From Batkoa obscura (Eukaryota), in the NCBI GenBank assembly GCA_030770535.1, contig JASVEC010000014.1:1-64000 (forward strand): DNA of 64,000 bases, read 5' to 3'. Made by a program: the position numbers and the translations under genes. The notes below the pieces were generated by a model. That model was given only the letters and a program-made list of their open reading frames with translations, ran no database searches and was not told the origin of the DNA. Below, in pieces: positions 1 to 10,959 of this stretch; positions within the stretch are counted from its first letter, which is position 1, and each line of letters opens with the position of its first letter.

Positions 1-624
1 TTAACCCTAACCCTAACCCTAACCCTAACCCTAACCCTAACCCTAACCCTAACCCTAACCCTAACCCTAACCCTAACCCTAACCCTAACCCTAACCCTAA
101 CCCTAACCCTAACCCTAACCCTAACCCTAACCCTAACCCTAACCCTAACCCTAACCCTAACCCTAACCCTAACCCTAACCCTAACCCTAACCCTAACCCT
201 AACCCTAACCCTAACCCTAACCCTAACCCTAACCCTAACCCTAACCCTAACCCTAACCCTAACCCTAACCCTAACCCTAACCCTAACCCTAACCCTAACC
301 CTAACCCTAACCCTAACCCTAACCCTAACCCTAACCCTAACCCTAACCCTAACCCTAACCCTAACCCTAACCCTAACCCTAACCCTAACCCTAACCCTAA
401 CCCTAACCCTAACCCTAACCCTAACCCTAACCCTAACCCTAACCCTAACCCTAACCCTAACCCTAACCCTAACCCTAACCCTAACCCTAACCCTAACCCT
501 AACCCTAACCCTAACCCTAACCCTAACCCTAACCCTAACCCTAACCCTAACCCTAACCCTAACCCTAACCCTAACCCTAACCCTAACCCTAACCCTAACC
601 CTAACCCTAACCCTAACCCTAACC
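1..624. repeat. Telomeric repeat array (CCCTAA)n, i.e. TTAGGG on the minus strand
   Basis: Uninterrupted CCCTAA hexamers from base 1 to about 624; marks the chromosome's left end. Confidence 0.99.
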
Positions 625-626
625 TT

Positions 627-1089
627 TGTGAAATATCGCTTTATCAGTCCCATGGTTAACCATAGTATAATAATCCCTTAAGCTGTTGTGTTCTCAATTA
701 TGGAGACAATTAGTCCCATGCTCTTGGTTTAATTCGCTATGAGAATTTCTAGCTTCATCCCAAAGAATGTTATCCTCTTGTTTTGTTATCCGTACTTCTT
801 AGAGTATAAAAGAGATTTTATAATATAGTAACTCGAAGGTTTTTAACTGAATTGTTCCATGATATCTCGAACATTTAATAAACCCACTAAGTTTTCTTAA
901 TAGTATTTTACGCAATTTTACATTAGAAGTGTCTATTCTATTTGTCTTACATAGTCCGTAGCCTATTACGTGCTATTCTTCATAATTCAAGTCTATCTTA
1001 GTCACATAAACTAAGACCTTTTGATTTATAGTGTAGTCAATCAGGTAATAGCTGTTTTTGACTCCAATCACTAAGTATCAGATTTCACA
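627..1089 (+). mobile_element. LTR-like element (solo-LTR-like, 463 bp) abutting the telomere
   Basis: Termini TGTGAAAT...ATTTCACA. TATAAAA (~805) is followed about 70 bp later by AATAAA (~877), and both are conserved in a second copy at 61338-62151. No TSD is visible. Confidence 0.75.
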
Positions 1090-1467
1090 TATTATAAAAT
1101 TAATAAATTTAGTTAGCTTTCAATACCTTTTAAGGTTTTCTTAATCGCTAAAATAGTTGATTTACCTTTTAACTTAATATACTTGATAAGTTTAATTAAT
1201 GTATTATCGAGTCTATTAAAGTAATATTTGCTTTTTTATAAACTATATTATATATATATTTCAAATTAACTTTGCTCTTTTTAGCTTTTTAACAATTATT
1301 CAAAACAAGTTTTTTATATTAACAAAAAATTAGATCAGATAAAAAAACATCCAACATTGATACTGGTTTAACTTTGGTTTTGATATTTATATTGGATAAA
1401 CTATAAACTTTATAATTTCATGGTATTAAAAATATTAGATAAAATAGTAATTATATTACCAAATATA

Positions 1468-1569
1468 ATGTGGAGATGTTTTTTTCGATTTCATTATTTT
1501 TCCATTAAGTTCTATTTGAGTGGAAAGATTATTAGTAAAATTCTCAAATATAAAAATATATTTCCATAT
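1468..1569 (-). mobile_element. ~100-bp MITE (Sola1-like family)
   Basis: Diverged match to the family consensus, GGAGATGTTTTTTT...AAAAATATATTTCC. Confidence 0.8.
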
Positions 1570-1940
1570 AATCTTTTAAATTATGTTAAATATAGCTTTC
1601 ACAGAAAAAACTTTAAAAATTTATGCAAGTATAGCAACGTTAAATTGGTCATTGAATAAATTTGGTAACTTGAAAACTGGATTAAAACAGCCAGTTCTTA
1701 CTTATATCTATACTAAATTATTCTCTTAACTAGCACTAATTTGATTAAACTAAGTTGAATTAAAGTAGAGCAAAATTAGGGCTGGTATCAAGTGTTATAC
1801 TATTTTTTTTAATTACTATTATTTGTATTTAATTTTGAAAATAAAGTATTTAATAATCTAAACTGTAAATCCAAAAATCAAAACTTACATTTGTTTTTTA
1901 TTGCTAAACATTAATAATAAAAAGGACATGATACCCACTC

Positions 1941-4900
1941 TCATTGCTTTTCCATAGTTCTTAGTAAAGTGGATTCTCTTGATTTGGTTACCATACGAGC
2001 TAAAATATCGCTTGTACTCATTCCTTCTTTATATTCGGTATAGTCATCCCAATTGACTGTAGCATCTCGTACTATTTTAGGCAATTCTGTTCTTACTTTT
2101 GATGGCGCAGATTTAAGTTCCAATCCAATTTGAAGCTTTCTGTCACTTTGCATATTTTTACTAGAAAAATATGTTTTTAATCTCCATCTTCTGAAATTCT
2201 TTTTTATTAAATTTTGATTTCTGGTCTGTTTAATTATTTCTCCAACTACTAAATCATCGACATAACTCTGCAGTAAATTGGAGTACAAAACCTTTTTTAT
2301 AGCCTCTTGGTGCAATGCTTTTTTGAGATAATCGTTTATGCAATTGTCAACATATTCACTAATGACTCCCTCAGTCAATTCATTAGTTAAGCCATCAATT
2401 TCTTCTTGTTCTTCTTGTTCTTTTTCAATTCTGATCCTTTCAAGCTCCCTTATCTTTCTTTCTTCTTTTTTTCTCCTTAGCTTCAGTTTGTTTTCTCTTT
2501 TATGAAGCTTGTGGAGTTCGTACTCTTTTATTATGAACCCCTCATCTCTGTTTCCTTTTTCCAATTCTTTGACTGACCCATGGATTTCTTCAATTAATTT
2601 ATTTATATTAGATTTCCCGCTCTCATTAGCCAATTCCTTCTGTTTCATTAGACCTTCTTTTTGCATATGTGATTGTTTTAAATCTAAATATTCTTGATAC
2701 CTTTTTTTTTGTTCAAATCTAGAAACCTCTAAAAACTCAATCTCTTTTTTGGTGTTGACAAGTTCTTGAAATTCACTATTCAACTGGGATACAGTTTGGT
2801 TTAGTTCATTTATTTCTTGATCTAATTGCTCAAGCTTACTTTCGAACTCTTTGTTTCCTTCTTTTTCTTCCTTTTCTTTAACTGAAACAATACTATGATC
2901 CAAATCTAAGTTTTGCTCCTCAGTATTGTTAGAAATAACTTTCCCTTTAATAAAACTAAAGTTTATATCATCATTTTGTGAATTCCTTTTAGATGTATTA
3001 AAGTTATTGCTATTATTGCTATATGATAAGTTGAGATCGTTATTATTATTATGAACACTTTGGTTTATCTTTATAGCCTTATTTAATAAACCATAAATAA
3101 TTGACTTGTAATCATTATCTCTTTTTATTTCATCTATATTTGTACAAAAAATAACTTTGGTAAGTGTAGGAATAGACTCAGATGGACTTTTGATAGTAAT
3201 CAAGTCTGAGCCATTCAACTTTAAAATGATATTTTCTTGTGGACCGTTTTCAGTATTGATATTCTTAATATTACAATAATTCAAAAACTCTTTAAATAAT
3301 TCCCAATCATCAAAGTGTAATAAATCCTTAAGTGATTGTGTTGTATAAATTACTTGATCATTATCCTTGTTTATCAATTTGATTGCTAGCATCATTAATC
3401 TTCGAATCGATTGGAAATGAGTTTCAATAACACATCCAAAGAGAAAGTATTCACTTTCTAACTTAAAAACGTAATCAAAAAATTCTTCAAATACCAAAAG
3501 AACGTCATCATTAAAGGATCTAATATTAAACTCGTTTAAGTTTCCTTTTGCTTTTTGTAATAAACTTTTTACTTTGTTAACTAGCTTAGTTTCCTTTCTA
3601 TTAGAATCATATTTAAAGGTGCTGTTCGTTTGTTTAAAGTTGTAAGCACTTTTTATAATAAAAAGATTATTGAGTTCAATATAACTTTGGAATTCATGCT
3701 CATTTGTGCAGACTATTCCTTTTTTTCTTAACATCTCATATTGTTCAACAAGGTTAGATAGCGCTATAAAATTTATAATTGGTAAAGCTTAAACTTAATT
3801 TAATTTAATTGAAATATTACCTGCTTTTAATTGATTCCTTTCTTCAGGAATTTCATCCCATTTATTTACTTTACTTAATTCATGAATAGAAAGTATATAA
3901 AACCTAGAAATCATTTCATAAACTTCAACTGCGATGGGTCCATTGTGGTGTTGAACAATAAAATCTTTTCCTATTGCTCTCAATCTATCTCTCACAAAAG
4001 AATGAGTTTCATAAAATGTATATTTATCATTATTAACTATCTTATCAATAAGGTAGCGAGTAGTTTCCTAATATTGGAACAATTATTATTATTTATCTAC
4101 TATTTTTAGATAATACTTACTAATAAAGTTTCCGGAGTACGAACATCACAAGGCATTATGATATGTACGCCAGCTGCTGAACGAGTATACTTTTTTACCA
4201 GTTCATAGGGTTCCTAAATTTTTAACTTAACTTTTCATTTATAAAATTTATATTACCTTTTCAAATTTATCAACACTATTTTCAAATTTTCGCTCCGCTT
4301 TTTCAAACTCTGGACACATCTTATAGCAATCAGGAGTTAAAGATATAGCCTCATTAATGTCCATTTTTTTTTCCGGATCTGCCATAAATCCCTTCTTTAT
4401 ATAATGTTTCATTTTGAGTAGGCGTTCTTCTTTTAGCTAAAGTAAGAATATTAGTTTATATATAAAAATACTTCAAATATTTTACCTTATCTAATTCTTT
4501 CATATTTTCTTGTCGCAACTTCTCTTCATATATTCTTTCTTCAACTGTTTTTCGTCTTGCTTTCATGGCATTACTTAACACACTTTCTCCAGCGGCAAAT
4601 TCCTTTATAGGCTTTATATCATTTCTACTATTTTTTTTATACCCATAACCATCTTCTTCATCACTATCATAAAGTGCCTCTTCAATTCCTTCTAATATAT
4701 TTTCTGAGTCGTATTCAGCGACTCCATTGCCATCATTATCAACATCATCAGATCTCATATCATCAATTTCAGTATCCTCTACCCCATTACCATCAGATTC
4801 CATATCATTGGACCCGAAATCATCAGGCCTCATACCATCTAAGTCCTCGTCTGCACTAACACCATCTATAATACCAGTCAAATCATTTTCTTCAACGTTT

Positions 4901-5184
4901 TCATATCGAGCTTGATTTAACTTATGTTTATTTAAAAATGCTTGTCCTTTATCTCTTCCTGTTTGAAAAACATTTTTTTTAAAGTTAATGTTAGTATTAT
5001 TATTAGTTTCTGTAATTAAACCTAATCTATCAAATACAGATTTCTTTACTGGTTTATTTTCCTTAAAACCCTTTTTAAAATCTACTTTTCCTTTAATCGA
5101 CTTTTTTTCTCCTTTTGTGATATTCCCTTGTTTATTTGTACTCCAAACTTGCCTTCTGGTATCTTTAATAATTTGGTCTTCCAT
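1941..5184 (-). CDS. SAC3: SAC3/GANP family mRNA-export factor (TREX-2 scaffold), about 5 exons
   Basis: Spliced exons give KKYTRSAAG...PCDVRTP, RDRLRAIGKDF, EMISRFYILSIHEL, CTNEHEFQSY and FGCVIETHF..IR, followed by a coiled-coil C-terminus. GT-AG introns lie near 4436-4486, 4215-4257, 4068-4120 and 3763-3820. Confidence 0.85.
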
Positions 5185-5830
5185 TTGACGATTAAAAATT
5201 TAAGTTAATTTTATAGATTTAAAATATATTACATAAAATAATTAATATGAATGAAATATTAAACTTTGTTTGATTTGATAAAAAAATACAGAACTCCCAA
5301 ATAATATATGACATACTTTTAGATAATAGTATGCCCAAAAATAAATAACAGGATTGGTTAATCTTTAGCTTCTTTCCAAAATTGAATCAAAAGCACAAAA
5401 TTTAACTTTAAATTCAAAAAAAATATTTGAAAGCTATATAGTTTTTTAAAATAGCGTTTGATTAAATAAAATACTATATGAGATTGATTAATATAGAAAT
5501 TTTGTTTTTGAATTATATTTCTATCTATAAAACAAATAAATCAGATGGAATCTAAATTTTAAAAACTTGAAAAAATTAATTAAAATATAAATCAAAAATA
5601 AAGTCAATTATAATAGCAACTGCTCTATTTTAAGTGTCTTTATTTAATGATATAAGATATACTATTTAGACACGCCCAAAACATAACACTATTATCGCAA
5701 CTTTAATTTGTTTTTATTTAATAAAACGTTATTACTTCCAAGCCTATAACTCTGTATTTTTGCTATCTATAAAACGATTTTTAAAAGTATTAATATAAAT
5801 TGAATCTTGTTTGTTTTATAATTACTTAAT

Positions 5831-5935
5831 ATATGGGGATATATTTTTGTATTTAAGAATTTTACTAACAATTTTTCCACTCAAATAGCGCTTAAAAGAC
5901 GGAAAAAATGAGGAAGTCAAAAAACATCCCTATAT
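5831..5935 (+). mobile_element. ~100-bp MITE (Sola1-like family)
   Basis: ATAT-GGGGATAT...ACATCCCT-ATAT. Confidence 0.9.
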
Positions 5936-6655
5936 TTTTAATAACTTTTGCTATAACATTTCATTATACTTTTCATTGTCTATTTATTGAATACATTATT
6001 CTATACAATAAAAATTTTGCGATTTCTCTGTATGAAAAATAACATTATTAAGTGATTGGTAGACACCATTTACAGTTTTACATTTTATGTTTGAATGTTC
6101 AAAGATAACTACTAATAACTTCATAGCTTAATGTAAGAAAACAAGAATACACAAAATACACATGCAACTTTTTATAATAAATATAAAAAGTTATATTACA
6201 AGATAATACAAATGCACTCTAAAATGCAACTTTAGATTAGTATAGAGTATATTTTCGTTTTGATAGCTCTTATTTTTTATATATTAAAATCCTAAACAAA
6301 AAAATAATGGCTATTTTTTGATTTAATAATTGTTACCATGAGTTGCAGTTAAATCTTCTTTGTTGTTTTTAATTTGTATCTGATTTTTTTAATATGAATT
6401 TAATGAGTATATCAATCCAAACGCTTTAAATTTGTGCTAAAAGAACCCAAATGCAAATTAAAAACAACAAAAGACATCTAACTGTAACTTGTTTTATGGC
6501 TTTTACCTTTTATACAAAAATATCAATAAGTATTACAAAATAAAACTCAAATATATTATAAGATTGACTATTTAATGTTAAATTTTTATGTGCTAATAAA
6601 TTTATAAACATCCATTTTAATAGATATTTAATCAATTATTAATTATTAATTATTA

Positions 6656-7828
6656 TTAAAGTGGGATAGAGAATAAAAAGTAAGGAGCCCGTCTAGCATC
6701 AACCCCGTTATTGAAAAGTGCCCTACGGTTCATTTGATTTGAAGTAATGAATAAGGTATTGTTATGGATAGAAAGGGTATCTGGCCAAAGCAAGTCTGGG
6801 CGACGCACAATAAGTGAAAGCTCTTTAGTTTGTGGGTTGTATTTGGTAATAGAATTTTGCTCAAGATTAGTTAAATAAATGTTTCCATCTTTATCAGAAA
6901 TTAAACCAGCGGTTGCAGATCCTTTATCAGCAACTTCAACGTTAACGAACTCGGCTACTTCGTGATCTTCTAAATTTTCATCAGTTAAAGCCTGTACAGG
7001 CACTGAATAAAGCGAACGAGAAGATACAGGGGCATAGTAAAGAGTTTTTTTATCTTTAGATATTTCAACTCCATTAGAGTGGATCTTTGCAGGTTTGCCT
7101 CCAGGTTTTACAACTTTGCCTTCAATTGTCAAAGAGAAGTTGTCAACAGCGGTAGTAGAAGAATGATTAGTTAATCTTCTAAATGATTTTCCAGTTTCTA
7201 AATTCAAAACTGCAATTCCTGGAACAGAGGCATCGGTAATAAAGCCATACTTCAAGTCAGCGTCAAAGCGAATATCTTGAAGCTGAGACGCAGGGTATTC
7301 TACTTCTTTGGGGAAAGTATAAGTTCTTAATAAACGATCAGTCTTTAGGTCGAATACATAAAACTTAGTTGCAGAAATAGGACGAACATTATTAGTAACT
7401 CTTCCAGTATCCAAAACCCATAAACGATCTTCGGCATCGATATATAAAGCATGAATATTATTAAATCCATACTTAAACCTGACATCATTCATAGTAGCAC
7501 TAGGGAAGTAATATTCTTTACCGTTTATAATTTCTACCAAGCTACGACCATTGTTTTGTTCCCAGTGTGGAAAACTAACAAATTTACGTCCTTTACTTGA
7601 AACAGCAACCGAAACTGGGAACTGGTCTTGAAAAGCTTTTTCAATCTTAAGATCAGGTCCATAAGATATGGTTTCCGAGTTTGAACTATCGTTTTGAACT
7701 CTATTTACGACACTAGCACTGGGCTCTTCGGTTACCAAGGAACGTTCAACCTTAATTTCATCTTCAGCTTGAGCTGCGCTTAAACTAGCACCTAATAAAA
7801 TGGCGGAAATGAGATTAATAAATTTCAT
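6656..7828 (-). CDS. Secreted yellow/major royal jelly protein (MRJP) family beta-propeller
   Basis: Intronless 390 aa with a signal peptide. Motifs RLWVLDTG, DLKTDRLLRTYTFP, FITDAS, KTLYYAPVSSRSLYSV and WPDTLSI are typical of MRJP/yellow. Confidence 0.9.
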   Translation of the reverse strand: MKFINLISAILLGASLSAAQAEDEIKVERSLVTEEPSASVVNRVQNDSSNSETISYGPDLKIEKAFQDQFPVSVAVSSKGRKFVSFPHWEQNNGRSLVEIINGKEYYFPSATMNDVRFKYGFNNIHALYIDAEDRLWVLDTGRVTNNVRPISATKFYVFDLKTDRLLRTYTFPKEVEYPASQLQDIRFDADLKYGFITDASVPGIAVLNLETGKSFRRLTNHSSTTAVDNFSLTIEGKVVKPGGKPAKIHSNGVEISKDKKTLYYAPVSSRSLYSVPVQALTDENLEDHEVAEFVNVEVADKGSATAGLISDKDGNIYLTNLEQNSITKYNPQTKELSLIVRRPDLLWPDTLSIHNNTLFITSNQMNRRALFNNGVDARRAPYFLFSIPL

Positions 7829-8937
7829 GTTATAGTTAAGAAGTAAGATTTATTAATTCGAATCTTGCATCTTTTAAATAGTGGTATTTTACAATTATTC
7901 TTTTATATTTTTAAGATCTATGAGTCGAGTTGCTATTTTAATTATAAATATAACTTGTAAGTATTAAATAGTTCTTTGTTTTTTATTTACGGTATCCCAG
8001 GTTATAATTGTACATGTAGTCTAATTCTCAATTAAGAATAGATGATAGATGAATTTACTATGGTTTAAAAAAATCGTGTTTATTTTGACTAAATTTGAAA
8101 CTATTTACCAGCATACTTTTGATTGGAGCTATCAAGTAGGAAATGTATATAATACTATATAACAATTAAAAGTAGCTTTTAAAAGTGTAATGGAATGTGA
8201 CAAAATATGTTAACTAATAAATTGACAATGAGAATATTAGATATCAAAACTATTTCTTTGTATATCTATTTTAAACTAATTTTATTTATATTCAAGTTTT
8301 ATCTAAACTCTTTATATTGAATTAAATTTAATTTGCTTGTAGCTAGAAGTTTAAATTGAAGTTTATAGAAGTTTCGAAAAAACCTTGTTAGTTTTGTTAT
8401 ATACAAAGTAACATATATACTAAATGTAATAATGTAACATTAAAAAGTTGAATCATATAATAAATAATTGCTTCTTCAAAGGAAGACTCTCTAAACTAAA
8501 ACATTTGTCATATATAACTCGCGGATTTGATTAAATTAAAAAATACCTTAAAATAAAATATATATTGTCCTAATTAATCCATAAAGAACTTAAAATGATC
8601 TTAATTATTGTACTCAGCATAAAAAAAGTAATAAACTATTTAATGAGCCTCCAATCATCTTTGTAATTAAAGCCGAGATTACTAATATTATCTTGATTAT
8701 ATCACAATTTCTTTACTATTAAAATTAAAAATGTTTGATTTACTGGATGATACAATGTTTAATGAAATTTATTTTACGATATCTTATATATAATACAACT
8801 TCTATGTCTTTCAATCAAAGGAATGAGCTCTATTGGAGTAAAGTAATAGTATATAAATATTACATCATTTTAAAACTTAATTTCATGTAAAAGTTTTAAA
8901 CTTATAAATTTCATATAGATTTAACGTTGATATATTT

Positions 8938-9041
8938 TATATAGGGATGTATTTCTAGGTTTAAAAATTTTACTAGCAATTTTTTCGCTTAAATAGTGCT
9001 TAAAAGATAGAGAAAGTGAAGCCAAAAAAACACTTTTATAT
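8938..9041 (+). mobile_element. ~100-bp MITE (diverged)
   Basis: AGGGATGTATTT...TTTACTAGCAAT...GCCAAAAAAACAC. Confidence 0.8.
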
Positions 9042-9262
9042 CATTCTCGTAAGTACTTAGTTTTAAATTTTTCAAAGATAACAGACGATTATATAAATGA
9101 CTTTATTGTTAGTTTAATTATAATTTATTCAGATGCTTATATTGAAAATAAAAATAATTAAATGAAAGAAAAGCATTTAAATATATAGTTAACAAGTATA
9201 TATAACTTTTATTATACCATAGTTATGGCAAGGAAAGAAAAGCAACTTAAAGTAAATTAAAA

Positions 9263-9368
9263 ATATAGGAGTGTGTTTTTCTGCTTAAAAATTCTACTAA
9301 TAATTTTTCCGGTTAAATAATGCTTAGAAAATCAAAAAAATGATAAAACCAAAAAAACGCTCCCATAT
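9263..9368 (+). mobile_element. ~100-bp MITE (diverged)
   Basis: ATAT-AGGAGTGTG...AAAAAAACGCTCCC-ATAT. Confidence 0.8.
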
Positions 9369-9623
9369 AATTATATACAAGCTTAATAAAAATAATATAA
9401 TTAAAAATAAAAACTACTATGAGAAAAAGTTTTTATATCTTGTATTAAAACGCTATATATAAAATACATAGTTAAAACTTTTTATTATAACTACTAAATA
9501 TGAATATTAAAATATAAAAATAATATTTTTTTAGTAAATTTGAAAAAAATAAATACTTTAGAAAATTTCTTACATAAAATTAAGCCAAAAAGCAAGATTA
9601 TTTAATATATAAAAAAGTTTATT

Positions 9624-9727
9624 ATGTGAGGGTGTTTTTTTGGCTTCATTATCTTTTCCATTTTTTAAGTCCTATTTGAGTGGGAAAATTATTAGTAAAA
9701 TTCTTAAACATAAAATATATTCCCATA
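9624..9727 (-). mobile_element. ~100-bp MITE
   Basis: Reverse-orientation match to the consensus. Confidence 0.85.
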
Positions 9728-9849
9728 TGCTTATTAAAAATTTAATTGAAAATAATTTAAAAACTCTACTACAAAATTTTACTGTTTTTAACTAATTAAA
9801 ATTAAATCAAATCCAACTTACATGAAAATATTATTAAGTTATTATACAA

Positions 9850-9910
9850 GAATCTTCTTTTGGCTTTACCCACTTTTTCTATTTTTAAATGCTATTTAAG
9901 TAAAAAAAAC
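9850..9910 (-). mobile_element. MITE fragment
   Basis: TTTTGGCTTTACCCACTTTTTCTATTTTTAAATGCTATTTAAGT matches half of the consensus. Confidence 0.55.
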
Positions 9911-10111
9911 TATATAAATTTATATGTTTTATTATTATCTAAATTTAAAATAGGTTTTTATATATACTAAATAACTTTGTCTTTTAACTTTATTTTTTAT
10001 TTTTTATCCTTTTGTAGTATGATTTTATATAATTGTGCACAAGTTTAAGTTCAAATCTATATTAATGTTTTTTTTATAAATACAATATCTAGGAAGATAT
10101 TTATTTTTAAT

Positions 10112-10217
10112 ATATGGGGATGTATTTTTGTGTTTAAGAATTTTACTAACAAATTTTCCACTCAAATAACACTTAAAAATGGAAAAGATAATGAAGTCAA
10201 AAAAAACACTCTCATAT
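10112..10217 (+). mobile_element. ~100-bp MITE (near consensus)
   Basis: ATAT-GGGGATGTATTTTTGTGTTTAAGAATTTTACTAAC...AAAAAAAACACTCTC-ATAT. Confidence 0.9.
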
Positions 10218-10959
10218 TTTAATAATGTGTATAAAATTTTCTTAAATAAGTCGTTAAGTTACAAGAGCTGTAACAGTCGCGATGAATATTTGGTCTGTCT
10301 TGACTTTATTTGTACATTTTTTGCATAATAAAAAATGTTAATATCATTAAATAAATATTAAAAAGTCTTTATAGCTAATAAGGCTTGGGCTAACTATAAG
10401 CTTTTTATTTCATTTCTTTACAAATTTAATTTCCGAGTACCACCTTCTTTAGCTTTTGTAATTGGATTTTTTTGGTTAAAAGAATGTTCTTAGATAGTTG
10501 GAGGTTATTTAAGCTTAGAATTCTAAACAAATAGTAGAAACATTTTTAATATAAATCAAAAAGCCTTAAAGGAAGATTTTTTTCTAAGTATCTCTGAATT
10601 CATCTATCAAAACTCTCCCTTTTATCTTAATCATTGTTTTATATCTTAACTAGATAAGGGTACTTGTCACTATCTTAATTTTTTAAAAAGACATTTTGTC
10701 AAAGGTTTAATTAATTGAATATTAGTATTTGAGAGGCAACAGAAAAATAAATCAAACTGAATCATTTACATCATAGCTTAACTTTAAGCCTAATTTTAGC
10801 GCCTTTTTTTAGCAAATAATCTATGTAATTATCATAATTGCATCATTTTAAGATTTAAGGAAATTGATATTAATTATAGTCAATTTAAGATGACATAAAA
10901 ATGGAATCATAAATAACAGATTTAAAAAAAATAAACATTGATTATTTTAACTTTTTAAA

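Noticed and set aside
1420..1659. 79-aa ORF
   Set aside because: Mostly a read-through of a MITE copy; no coding signature.
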